64,000 bases of DNA, from assembly GCA_002189035.1 (NCBI GenBank), contig NEEC01000004.1, positions 3,038,001 to 3,102,000 of the forward strand, read 5' to 3'. Made by a program: the position numbers and the translations under genes. Shown here one piece after another: positions 14,601-27,650 of the stretch; position 1 is the stretch's first letter, and each line of letters opens with the position of its first letter. The stretch is from Utricularia gibba (taxonomy: Eukaryota > Plantae > Magnoliophyta). The notes below the pieces were generated by a model. That model had not been told where the DNA came from. It saw only the letters and a program-made list of their open reading frames with translations, and searched no databases.

Positions 14601-15639
14601 ATTATTCCAAATTCATCCTGAAAAATCTTAAAACACACTTTCCCTCCAAAAAGATCAAAGTGGTATGAAAGATATAAAATTCTTCTAAAAACATAAGGAA
14701 AGTGAGATAAAGAATGCAAAACCCATCTAAGTGAGTCTCAAAAGACACAAATATAACCAACCTTGGTTTTTTAAAACACTCATTGAAATATTTACTATTT
14801 TTCACTTTTTTAATAGCTATATCTATTTAGCACAATAATATTTAAAAATATGTTAATCATAATTATATAAAATATGTTTATTGAAAATGTAAATAATTTA
14901 AATATGTTATTAATTAAGTCATCTAATAAAAAGGAAATTTTCTTTGATTTACATTTGAAAATCACTTTTTGAGTAATTAAAATTCAGAATTAATTCTTAT
15001 TATTATTTAAACAACTTCCTGTTAGTAATAAAAGTGATTGTGGAAAGGTCTCTTCTGATATTTGAGAGCAATGTGCTTCAAGTGGTGTGTAGGTGGGGAG
15101 AAGAAGAAGAACCAAAGAGCAAATAGATAATTTGAAATAGTAGCACTGAGCATGTCTCTTTCTCCATCACTCCCACGGCAGATAGGTCTAAAAATCACAT
15201 TTTGGGGGATTTTTTCAGTGGCCATGTCTAAAAATCATTATGTTCTAATTTTGGAGTCACGGTTGTTGTGAACTGAAGAAGATAAAAAGATAATGGATGA
15301 TACACCACTTGAACCAAAGGAGCTCAAAGATGTGATGTTTCTGGCCTAATTCATGTGGTGCACCTTAGAAGGTAGATGAATTGACCCTTTTTGCGGACCT
15401 GAAGAGCGCCAACGGATGATGGTACCCAAAAAACTATTGCACCATTAATCAAGCCTATTCCGTGACAAGTTGTATCTGAGAGGCACAAAAACAATTGCAT
15501 GTTTGCAAGGGTCTTCAACAAAATGATGAGAGTTGTGTAAAACTATACCTAAGACACATTCACAATCTGAATGGGTGTGAGTAACATGCCCACTTTACGG
15601 AGGATAGATATAGCCTCATTTTGTTGCATACGTTCAGCG

Positions 15640-16590
15640 ATAGTATCTTATACTTTATGCATTGCTTTTAATTCCCCAACAATGTCTCCAATAACTTCAT
15701 CCTCTCTTTGAATCTTGTTAAATTTCTTGTTGTGTGACCCTACATTGTTTTCAGCAGCAGTACCATTAAGAGAAGATGATTCAACTTCCAAAATTGGAAC
15801 AACAACTGGTATTTTGAGCTGTTGGTGATTTTGGTGCATTATATTAGCATGATAATCATTGACTTCGACTTCAGTTGATGCACGGTTGGTAGCTTGCTCA
15901 TGAGCAACTTCATCTTTTCCAGTAGCAAATTATGTTCCAAAAATCTCCACCCAAACTTCTTAAAAGGCCACACCTTATTTCTTAAGCCCTTTATTCCCTT
16001 GATGGTTGCCTAAAAACAGAATCAAACACTCAACACTCATGATAGCATTTCGCAGACAATTAGAAATTAGTAATATATCAAAGAATGAATTCTAAAGGAA
16101 TTACAAAAATCATATGACTAAAGCAAATCTTATCAACAATGATTCCCAAATAAACTAGTGGAATAGATACTCAACAATCACAAACTAACAAAAGTAAGAA
16201 GTTTCACAAAAATACTAGTTCATCCCATATCTCGTCCAGTGCTTCTAACATCCTTGTAGCATTATTCCAACCCGTCCCCGATCGTGAAAGAATGTTCATG
16301 ATCATGTACTATTCTTTTTTCCAAATCTTGATTTTCAAAGAAATGTGTGGATTAGCTGTCAAAGATGAAGTGGGTTTGTATTTCTTCATCATCTTCTCAA
16401 GAGCTACATAATACGCATTTCTGAAACCATTTTCACTCTTCCACCCACCGTCGATAATATCTTTAAAAGCAATACTCAGAAGACGTTCTTCTTCAGCGGT
16501 CCAGCCACATTTCGATTTTGATTGACCATTTTTGTTCTCTATGGTTGTGGTGCTCCTTGATTGAAGAGCATGACGCAAGGAACCCTATCC
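15640..16590 (-). mobile_element. PIF/Harbinger ORF1 (Myb/SANT-like) relic, two exons
   Basis: WTAEEERLL..GGWKSENGFRNAYYVALEKMM..ANPHISLKIKIWKKE*..SGTGWN matches the Myb/SANT-like domain of PIF ORF1. It has in-frame stops. Confidence 0.8.
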
Positions 16591-17249
16591 AAATAAAAAA
16601 ATGTTGAAGCATTAAAATGTCTTTTTCATAATCTGTAAAAAGCAATCCAATATATGCCTATCAAACAACTCATGAGATATCATATTCCAACTTACAAATT
16701 TCTGATCATAAAACATAATGTATAATTATAGGAGGGATAATTTTTATCTGATATAAATTATACCAATATTACTAAAATCATTATAAAACATGGTCGAAGT
16801 GGACAAAAAATAGATACTGACAGCCTGTAGTGGCATGAATAGGCACCAACCTATAGGAATTTAGAGTAGGTGATAGTTACTTACAAGCAAGACCATAGAC
16901 AAGATCGAGCGTATCTTGCCAGATGTAAAAAGTACCTGACCCATCCAAAATCAGTCGTCCTGAACTTTCCTATAAATATGAGTTCAAACTAAAGGAACAC
17001 ACATTCTACATTCTGCACTTAACACAATGCATCGCATTAACCTAATGTAATTCTCTCCCTTTCCTCCTATTGAAAGTCATTTCTTCGATGAGCTCCTCTA
17101 ACTTCATGGTTTTTTGTCACGATGATTATCACATAAAAAATCTTGGTGTCCTTGTGCTCAGCTTTACATTAACTAGAACCAAAAACCCAAAATTGGAAAA
17201 TCAAACTCCACAATGTGACTGATACTTAATTCGGTTCATTCTATTTAAC

Positions 17250-17700
17250 TAATTTTTTTCCACAACAATTGGCTTTGTGGCAAAGGAGAGTACCCCGAAG
17301 AAGGCAAAAGTCATCCTTGAATTTCTTGGAATTTCATTGCAAACTTTGTTCATATTCCAGAGTATTTCCATAGCAAAATATTCTCCTGAGGTGTGAAGCA
17401 TCCTCTTCTTGCTTGTTTTTCAGTTTATCATTGATTGTCTTCTTACACCTTCCACAACTTTGCCATATAACTGCTTAATGTTATGGAAATCACTTGAAAA
17501 ACGCAAAAAATCCCAAATTCTCCGATATTTAATATCATATTTGGATAACGACAATCCCATGGTTTTCTTTGTAGTGATCTAGATTAAGCCACATGGCAAT
17601 ACTCATGAAAATGAAATGACGGTTATTTAGCAAAATCATTCCGATAGGCTATGTCTCACATTATATTCAATGCTCACATCCCCATGCATAATTAATAAAT
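17250..17700 (-). mobile_element. Possible L1 LINE ORF2 relic (region downstream of RT)
   Basis: Minus frame reads VVEGVRRQSMIN*K...YFAMEILWNMNKVCNEIPRNSR, loosely similar to L1 xDKIxxRLxxWK...YAMxxxxLPKxxCxEIxR. Weak similarity only. Confidence 0.3.
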
Positions 17701-18103
17701 AAATCAATTGTGATCTAGAGGTTGATGATATCCATACAAACCAAAATTAATCAGATTAGAGTTAAAGGATGAGTATTGAAATAGCGTAAGCTCTAAGTTT
17801 TCAACTATACTATGATCATGGTAAACATGAGCATAAGATGAAGCTGTCTTTTCTATAATTTTGTCTTGATACCTTTTGAGTGAATTATTCACGATGGTAA
17901 TACATGGTGCATATGCTATGGAGATGTATTTAATGATGATAAAAGGATGATATGCAAACATATCTATGTAAAAGAAAAACTTTCGCAAGTTTAGGAGTCA
18001 TTTGTTGGATAAGTCTACGCGTTCGTAGCATGAAAGCTTGCTATTTGCTATAATTGTGAATAGCAAGGACATGGACAATATGCTTGGTTGCATCTGCAAC
18101 TTC

Positions 18104-19210
18104 CTATGCTTCCCCCTCTGATTTTATCAGATCGTCTTTCGTTAATGTACCCGAGCAATCGATATCAAGGACTTCAAACCATTCCATCACCATTGCAACA
18201 TCCTCATCACATATCTTTCCCATTTCTTTTAGCTTGTAGATGACGAATTCTACAGCACTGGATGCAAGTTTAAAACAAGCATGATTTATTTTATGTAAAG
18301 GAAGATGAACAAAAAATGCTTACATCACAACTTTGTCATTGTCCAAATCTGCTGCTTCAAGGTCTGAAAATGTGAGCTTCCTTGTAAGAACCATTTTCAC
18401 AAGGGATTTCATTCTTGTCTCTGTGTGCAACTCAATGAGAGTGCAAAAGAATTGAGCCAAACAAATGGTACTAATCACTATCCAAAAGGCAGCAAACACC
18501 CTCCCTTCTGGAGTTGAAAATGTGTAATCACCATATCCAAGAGTAGTCATTGTAGCACAAACACAATACAATGAGTCCAAAATATCATACCCTTCTTTCA
18601 TATGCAAGAAAATAGTGCCAACAACTGCCACAATGATAAGAATGAGTAGCGTGATGTAGAGTTTATATTTGAGTTTATTGGCTTCAACTTCTCGAACCAT
18701 ATCCCTAGAATCGTGATGCTTGTGTAAATGCATTGCCTTAACCAAGTAAATCTCTTGATTCTCAACAATCTTGTTAGCAGCTTGGCTCAGCAAAAAACCC
18801 ACAAGACCCATGAATACAAAAACGCATGCTAAATTCTTTGATGCCGTAGTTATAGGCAAAAGATCTCCATATCCTACGGTTGTCATTGTAACAACACAAA
18901 GGTAAAACGAATCAATTATCCCATTTGTCTTGTGGCCCTTGATTTCATCTTGAACCAGAAAAAAGCAAAGCGTTCCTACACCCACATATGTAAATAGAAT
19001 GATGATAACTACCTTGATGTTCAAGGTATTTGTAGACATTGAACAAGTCTGATGATAAAGGGAAAGATTTTTGTGTTCTTGATCCTTGTAGCATACACCA
19101 TCAGGGGCGCTAATGCTTCGATGGAATCTCCTTCTTGTTATAGAATTGTATTGAAGTGATCTTCGACATGAATCCAATGTCTCAACAAGCAACCTTTCTT
19201 TATCAGCCAT
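18104..19210 (-). CDS. TPK1: Two-pore potassium channel, TPK/KCO family (346 aa, 2 exons)
   Basis: Exons 19210-18324 and 18257-18104 flank a 66-nt GT-AG intron. It has two pore loops (TMTTVGYGD, TMTTLGYGD), an N-terminal RRFHRSISAP 14-3-3-type site and EF-hand-like DLDNDKVVIAVEF and DIDCSGTLTKDDL. Confidence 0.95.
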
Positions 19211-20261
19211 GAGAGAATCTCATGCCACTACATAACAAGAAATCCAATGTTTAATTGAAGTTGTTCTTCAATGCATTTAATATGAAAAATATAAAACAAT
19301 ATACTTCGAAATTTGGAAACAAATATTTTCCACATTTGGGAAACTTTGAATCCAAAATATTAGAGGTAGAAAAGACAGCAGGGGGTAATTAAAAGTGCCT
19401 ATCATCCTCTAATTTTCCGTCAAATGAAGCATGACTAAACATAGTAAAATAAATACATCAAGCATTTACTTGTGGTGTTATTGAGTTTTTATAGTTTTCA
19501 TGTTTTAGAATGATTTTTGTAATATTAAACAACTTATACGTGATTTCTTGGAAAACAGTAGAATGGCAAATAAGTGGTAATTTTAAAAAATAAGACTAAC
19601 CATATTTGATCACACATTAGGAAAATAATTCCACTAAGGTTACCAAAAAAGTTTACAAAAAAAGCTCTTGAAACTCCAGGGAGTATTTTTGACTTCTATA
19701 CATGCTCTCCTTTATCAAAACTACAATTCAAGTTTTCTTGTTCCTCTACGCATATACCTTCTAAAACACTGGGAATAGGATTGGGCATCCCTTTCCTCAT
19801 CTATTTATATCATATCCTCTACCAACGATGATATGTTCCCTTATTTTGAGGAAAAGTCATTGGACCACCATAAGACAAAAAGAGCGAATGATAACCTTGT
19901 AAGCGCAATTTTTATATATTTTTATATGCATTTTTTGTTTCATTTATATCAATATCATCAAATTAGGATTTAATTTAAATATTTAATTATTTTTATTAAA
20001 AAAATTAATATTTGTGGTACTGTGTATTTTATTTTTATTTCTACTTGTTTTTAGATGGATGCTTGAGTTAGGGATCGAAGCCTAGAGTTAGAATCAATTT
20101 AACGGAGGACTAAAATGAGAATGAATGCATTAATTTTGCATTGAAAGGAAGAAATGCATTGGGATCACCATATTGATATCGACAATGATCCATGACTATG
20201 TGGAGTAGATATATAGAAATATAAATAAAAGATAATTATAATGGATATTAATGCATGCCAA

Positions 20262-21028
20262 TGATAGAAGGAAACTTTTATAGGTGTTGCAAGGTTGGAG
20301 ATTTTTCCTATCAAAAGTAATTTTTATTCTGAACATATAAACTACATATAATTCACATAGAAATGAATATAGCAGCAATAAATCCTGGTCAATCCACAGA
20401 GAGCAAACATTTTTAATTGCTAGTTCTATGCATAAGTTGGATTAAACATGGAAGTTTCTTGGGTTGTGGGTTTTGATTCTAACTACAATTTATAAAACTA
20501 CTGGCTCCTAAATTAAAAGTAGAAAATAGAGTACATAAATTGACATTTTAAGCAACAAATATTGGGCAGTGCACTTAATCTAAAATTAAATTGCATAAGA
20601 ACATATTAGAATTTATATTCAGGTGTCTAGTTCAAAGTATGCATGCGAAGACAATGACAAGAAAATGAAACAAACATGTTAGGTAGATGAGGACATTCAA
20701 CCAAGTGAAACATTCAAATAGGAAATGTAAATTGGCAAATTCTAGAAGTAAAATATTTGGAAAAATTCTCCAGCAATTTTTATTTTTCTTCTTTTCGAAC
20801 TGTAGGTTATCAAGCTTCCTTGTCCTTCGATCATGCCTCAGCTTCACTTATGCACATTGGAAGTTAGTTCGTGTGTCATGTTGGAACTTCTCTTCGTTTT
20901 TTATTCTCGACTATGGGTTCAAGAGCTTTCCTTCTCTTCTATCTCCATCTCAACTATGCTTTTGGGCAATGCAGTTTTTCTTCCAATGTCATACTGGAAC
21001 TCTGATTCATGGCAAGCTCTGAGTATCA
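20262..21028 (-). mobile_element. Decayed LTR of a related Gypsy family (copy F)
   Basis: Homologous in inverted orientation to 24330-24813: 20262-20460 aligns with the reverse complement of 24620-24813. Minus-strand termini TGATACTC...CTATCA. Confidence 0.6.
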
Positions 21029-21449
21029 TATTCAAAATGTTACTACTGATACTTGTTTAATTTTCCATAGTAGCATCTCAAAGATGAGTCATCCAATGAA
21101 TCGATTCTTTAATCTACACTGACACTTTAGTTCTAGTAATCTCATTACATCAATTGTGAAAATGATTATCTAAACAATTTAGGGAACTCAATATGTTGCA
21201 TTTATAGAGACAAAGCTGGTGCATCTAAATGTTGTTAGGGGTGAACTAGAAGAGAAAATCTTGAATCTAAAGCCTCTGTATACTCACATGAAGCAAATTT
21301 TCGTGGATGGTGAGCAGAAAAATTACAAAGTTAGTCTTATCTCAGACCAAAAATCAACATTGCTTGTAGGTTTCATCCAAGATCCAAAAAACGTTTCAGA
21401 TCTTGAAATATTTTTGTATTAGTAATTGAAGGGGAAAATCTTTGTATTA

Positions 21450-22968
21450 ATTATTTTAGGAAAATTTATGGGTCTGAAGATGCTTGCATGATTGTAGAAG
21501 TGTGTCCTGACGAGTAGTTACTCCTAGGTAAAACTACAACTGGAGAACGAGATTCTACTAATATTGTTAATTTTATTGATGTAGGAAATATATCAGTTGG
21601 AAATGAATAGCATGAAAGGAACATGTGTTTCAATGATGAAGAATCTAACATTTGAGATGATCCATATTGGTGGAGGAGATGTAAAGATGGGGTATTCAAA
21701 ATGTTGAACAACACTGTAAAACATTTGAGAATGAGGCCCATGAAGTTGTTGATAATATGGTATTGAAAGATACAACAAAAACGTAGCCTCAAAGAGAGTC
21801 GAGTCCAAAACAATAAATAGGGATGCTTGTGGGAGTCAATCCAAAGCTAAGTTTTATTTTGCATTTTATTTTTAGTATTTAGATTTTATTTTAGAATTAT
21901 GGACCAACAATGCAAAGGAAATAGACTTGTTTTGACTAAGTTGTAGGAATTTGTGAAATGTGCACTAATTGAAAAGCAAGAGAATCATGCTTCTACTCCC
22001 TTTGTACTACTTAAAGAAGCTTGAAATGTTGGTTGGCTTGAGGACTTGCTTAAGAAATTAAAAGAGCTAAAACAGAAAGGGAAGGACCCCTCCTAGTCTA
22101 GTAACCACTGTTGTTATTGCTTTGATTTTATTTTTATTTTTATTTTTGTTTATTGTATTGCGTAGCCTTGGTGTTAGTCTATGTTAGGAATTATTTTCCT
22201 ATATGTTGCGTTTTTACATGATGGTATATCCTTTGTTCAAATAATTCAATGATTGAATATGATGATTTTGTGATGATAAAGATGCATGAGCTTTGTTTGA
22301 ATCCTTTTGACCCTTGTGACCATTGTTTGTAATCATTTCTTTTGTGAGTGCAAGTATGATTAGAAGAACCTAGAGAGTACAATTTAGATTTATTTACGTG
22401 AGTTGATATATTTCATTGCTGCAAAGATTAATGATCACCAATGAAAAAAAGAGAAAAGAAAGAATGAAAAGAATATGGGTCAAGAAAAGCATCATCATTT
22501 GAAAAGCAATGAGACCTGAGTCTAAAAAAGCAACATGCAATTTGAAAGCATATGCAAATTCATTGAGAAGTGAATAAATGAGCAAGGATGAATTGGTCAA
22601 CACTCTCTAAATTAAGGAGTCCTGAAATTTTATGTCTAGATTAATTCTGAAATGTTGTTCATTCAATATCTCATATATGTAAAAAAATGGAGAGAAAGAC
22701 AAGAAAAATACAATGAATTGGCAATCACAATCTTTATTTTGCTTTGAATATGTTAATGTATGATTTTTAATCTTTGAATGTACTCTCCAAGGAGAACTTA
22801 TTCATACCTGCTCGAGTGTTATATGTTTTGCACATGAGTACACCTAGGGTTCATGCACCTTAACTCATGACATCATCATTCCTATTCATCTTGTATGATT
22901 TAGAATTTAGCTTTTTTTTAGTCTTAGTTAGGACTTGAGAACAAGTTTAGCGTCGTTGTAACATAATG
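21450..22968 (+). mobile_element. 3' internal region of an Athila-like element
   Basis: Contains T-rich and GAAAA-rich tracts typical of Athila 3' UTRs. It ends GGACTTGAGAACAAG...TG|TGATAA, homologous to 8667-8710. Confidence 0.6.
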
Positions 22969-24149
22969 TGATAATACATAATTTTGATTGTTTCAAGATA
23001 GGAAAAGTATTATACTACAAAACTCGGATTTTATTGTGTGTTTTAATGTTTTTATGATTAGCAGCATTGTTTGTGTATGTTATTCTTAATTCGAACTAAA
23101 TACCGATTTAGTCTCAATCTTTGTTCCAACCACTTCCTTTGAGCAATGCAACACATTTTAACAGTCCAAATCTCAAGGAGCAGAAAGAGAATAGTGAAGG
23201 TTGTAAAAGATATGGACAAAAGTTGAATGGAAATACACCGAAATCCAAGGAGATAAAAAAAAGATGGATTTTGGACATGATGAAGAGTGAGAAAATATCT
23301 CTCACACTTTGAACAACAAGCCACACAATTCTGGGAAGAGGGATCTAGTAGGAAATGGTAGAAGAACTATAGAGAACGAAGGAGACAAAATGAAGAACCA
23401 AGCTTACCGCTGAACTTTCCTTTGTTTATCAAGAGCACTTATTTCTAGTCGGGAGTAGTTTTATTTTTCCACACGAGCTATGACAATTTCTGTTTCTACT
23501 TATGTTTTTTTCCTTCTTATTGCACTGTGACATGAACATGTTTTGGTTGCTATGTTATGAACGTGTTTCATTTTACTTCAGCATGAGTGGCTAAACATAC
23601 GTAATGCCTTGAAGTAGAAGGGAGTGTGTATGGTTATTGCTTATTAGACTACATTAGCTTAGTAATCACACTATTTTCCTACAAACCAGAATAGATCTAA
23701 GAGTAGGAAGTAGTGATATTCATCATAAACAGACCTAATTAGAGGTAGATCAAAGATTAGAAACAAGAATGGTTTAGGTAGACTTGAATTCTTCATTTGT
23801 TGAGTGAATGATTATTGAGTTGTATGGGTTAAGTGTAGGAATGATCATGTCACTCCTAGAAGTTTCAAGGCATTGCATTATCTAGTTTTAGTTAGTAGCC
23901 GACTTTATGTGTGTGTTTTTCTATTGTATTTTATCATAAACCTACCTTAGTCTTAACATAGACTTAATCTCTTAACTTTGACACACAGTGAATGCATTCA
24001 CTTTCACAGGAAGCACATAGCTCATTGTGTTCGATCCTAGCCCACTATGGTCATATTTCTTCTATAATTGAATGTGAATTAGCTTTATAAATTTTATTTG
24101 ATAGGAGAATTTGCAATTTATAATGACTTGCTAAATTTTTCGTTTATCA
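22969..24149 (+). mobile_element. Athila-like 3' LTR (copy C, 1181 bp)
   Basis: Termini TGATAAT...CGTTTATCA. It shares the GCATGAGTGGCTA motif and the ATAAATTTTATTTGATAGG tail with the other LTRs but is strongly diverged. Confidence 0.75.
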
Positions 24150-24264
24150 CCATGGGTAGACTTCCATTTATAATGAGCGAAAATGCATGGTTAAGATCAA
24201 AGTATCTTCGTTGATCTCAATTCTAAACTTACTTGCACGAGTATCATATTCAAAATCTGGCTAC

Positions 24265-24813
24265 TGATACTTGTTTAATTTTCTATAGTAGCATCTCAAA
24301 GACAAGTCATCCAGTGAATAGATTTTGAGTAGCAGAGAAGACGAAAGAGAGGCATTCTAGCGTGACACTTGGACTAATCTCCGCCCTCAGAAGTGCAGCT
24401 AAGACTTGAATGAAAGAGAAGGAAACCTAGGAATCAATAGTTTGAGAGGGAGAAGACAAGGAGAATATAGAACTGGAGAATCGGACAAATATTTTATTTT
24501 TCTTGCGAATCTTATTTCTTGCATCATACTTCATGAACATGCACATAATTTCCATCTCATGTTTTCAATATTCAACGTGTTCAAATGCTTTCATCATCTC
24601 ATTTGCGCATTTCCAGAAAACCCCCGTTTAATCCAGCTTACGCATAGGACCAACAACTGAAAAACTGTTTGCTATTTGTGGATCGACCTGAACTTACTAT
24701 TGCTACATTAATTTCTTTGCGAATGAAATGTAGTGTGTTTGTTCAATTTATAAATTTCTTTTGATGGGGAAAACATTGAGACTTGCAACATCTATAGAAT
24801 TTTCCATCCGTCA
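24265..24813 (+). mobile_element. Decayed LTR (copy G), relative of copy F
   Basis: TGATACTTG...TTTTCCATCCGTCA, with a GTGGATCGACC motif; inverted homology to 20262-20960. No TSD. Confidence 0.55.
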
Positions 24814-24814
24814 A

Positions 24815-27650
24815 GAACACAAACACTAACACTTGTAAACTTAGTGTCATTATCATAAATCAAAGTTCTTTGTAGCTCGAATCTGTAAATGAGGTTCTCT
24901 CACAAAAATGTTTCCATTGTCTTTTTAATAAAAGATACTTTAGGCTTAATCCATTTAGAAAAATACTCTAGAATGACAATAAAGGATATTTGTTCTCCTA
25001 GAGCCAAAATGAAGAGTCCAATGATATCAATCCTCCATCAGTTGAATAGACATTAAGTATGGACTACAGTAGCATAATGGGAGCCCTTGACAACTTTCCA
25101 TGGCACTACAGTTTTTGTATCATTGAGTATATTCTTTAAAACCCTTAACCATTGTGGACCAATAATAGGCATATTGATTTATCTTCACTTCAATGTCCGA
25201 TAAATGATGTTGGTCCTCAATTAATGTAGCAATAGTAAGTTCAGGTCGATCCACAAAGAGCAAACGGTTTTTTAGTTGTTGGTTCTATGCGTAAGCTGGA
25301 TTAAACGGGGGGTTTTCTGGAAATCCGTTTAATGTTACATTAATCCTCTATGTCCTTCTATGTCTGCATTCACTGGTTTATTCCGAATAACCGGTTATAG
25401 AAGCAATAAATAGCTTACTCTCCCTTACATCTTTTATAAGGAGGCACGGGAACAAGCTCATATGATTCCCTCTTGGATGATTGAGAGGACAAGAGAATTA
25501 CCATCAATTGCCCTCAAAACTGAATTAAGCGTGTGTGCCAGGTTACTGCCAATGAAAAATGGCAATTACGAGATCACTACTCATCCATTAATAAAGTATC
25601 CTTATCTTAATTCTCCCCCGAACCAATAGGGTTAGAGATGGTACTCTTCACCTTATCCTACATCAAAATCCATGAAGAGTGGCCGGCTACTCATGGACCA
25701 TGACTAAGAATAATTATAAAAAGGCTGCAACATGATGCATGGAAATATGTGAAATTCATAAGAAATTTAGTGAGGAACCGAGATTTGTTTTAAAACATGT
25801 AAAGAAATTTCATAAATTTCCAGAAATTAAGAAGGTCTAGCCACAAATGTCCATGAAAAATAGAAATGAAAACACAAATTTAAAAATCTTTTTTCTCCCT
25901 ATGGTGGAGAGGAAGAACAAAAGTTCAAGTGCGAATTGTAAGAAAGAAGTTCAATTTCATATGTACCAAGTTTGCTTTAATTCATATCTCATATGTATTT
26001 ACTTCATCTACTCTTTTTTCTTCAATCCTTCTGTCTTGCTTGCATAACCAACTTTCTCATTCATGCAAATAATAGTCCATTCATTACACCAGACTCTAAC
26101 ATGTCATAAGGCATGGGCCTTGAACAATAGAAGTCTTCCACCCACAATGGATCCAAGTTGCGTACAAGTCACTAAATGTTAGTGTTTTGTCTCTTGGAAG
26201 TCTTCTGCCACAATCCAACATTGTTTCCTACCACTTTTGGGTGAAAGTACAGAAATATATACAAATACAATAATAGTAGTTTTCTAATAAAAATATAATA
26301 GTTGTTAATATAACTTCTAATTGGTCAATTTAATCATAAATTAATATATAATAATACATAATAAATATATAGAAAATGATACTTAATAGAGGATTTCATA
26401 TCCACGACATTGTTTATGAGGAAATACAAGAACTTCACAAACTGCATGTATGAGATACCTATCAATGGATTCTAGGAAGATCTCACCTTCCAACTCATCC
26501 AAAGTATAGCTATTTGTTTTCAATCATCATAGGTCCACTTGTAAGAAATGGATGCTTATGATGACATTCCCAATAGCAAATTTGGTATGGTCTGAGTTTT
26601 AGTAGATTTCCATGGCATCAATCAAGGTTCAGAGTGCCCCCACTCTATCAACCAAAATTTTTCAATCTCCCTACTAATTCAAGGTTGGAAAGTATGGATT
26701 TAAGGGGGGATATTTGTGAATAATTTTTCAATTCTTTCCCCAAAGTATGATCTCAATTTAATGGCTCATAACTTAGGCCGTCTTTTCTGCATCCAAATAG
26801 GGGTTTTTTGACTAGTTTCAAACTTCTCCTCATGTAGTATACCGATTTATGGATTTTGGTGGAAATGATCATATACAGCTTGAGAGATTGTCCTGGGACT
26901 GGTTTAAAATACTCCTTCAAGGCTAAAAAAGCTTTTTAGATTCTTCATCACACTACAATAAGTTTGATTTTTTTGAGGACTTTTAAAACTGAGAGTGGCT
27001 CTTACATGGAGACAAAGGAGTTCAAGGTTACTAACATTTATGTTAGGACCTATACCTCTTATTGAATCTTTGGAGGTTGAATTTCCAAGATGCCTTTGAT
27101 CCTTATCAGGTTTTTATCAATGTCTTTCTTTAAGACATAATAACCTAGTGATTTATCACTTCCAACCCTATAGCACACTTTTCTAGATTAACATTTTACT
27201 TGTATTCTCTCATAGTTGTGAAGTAATTGGTTAAATATTGGATATCCACAAAATCGTAATCTTTTGATTTCACGGTCATGCCATCTACATATGTTGACGT
27301 GAAGTTGTCAATGTAAGGTTGGAAGATTTTGTACACTATTTTTTGATAGGCATCTTCAACATTTTTAGCTCAAATATTATTATCACATAACAACACGAGT
27401 GATTGCATACATACAAAGTAGTGTAGCTTTGATCATGGGCTTGAGCGAGATTTTATGGTATCTTTGGTTCGCATCCATCATATTCAGTATGGTATTGCTT
27501 GCAACAACATTCATCAATGTGTGTATGTGAGGTAACAAATAAGGTTCATGCTCATATGTCTTGTTTAATTGTTTAAGTAGAGTTTATACAGAATCTTCAC
27601 TTCACTTCAAATTTTGGCATGACCATAGAGTTAGCAACACATTCAAAGTA
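24815..27650 (-). mobile_element. Tat/Ogre-type Gypsy pol relic (RT to integrase), heavily degraded
   Basis: Minus strand gives RT remnants (NMMDANQRYHKI, KNVEDAYQKIVYKIF, TYVDGMTVKS, NLEKCAIG) and integrase remnants (YYWSTM, WRIDIIG, EYFSKWI, IYRFELQRTLIYDNDTKFTS). Many stops and indels. Confidence 0.75.

Noticed and set aside
20240-20261. PBS next to the end of LTR F (TTGGCATGC on the minus strand)
   Set aside because: Only about 5 nt resemble a tRNA 3' end, and no gag follows.
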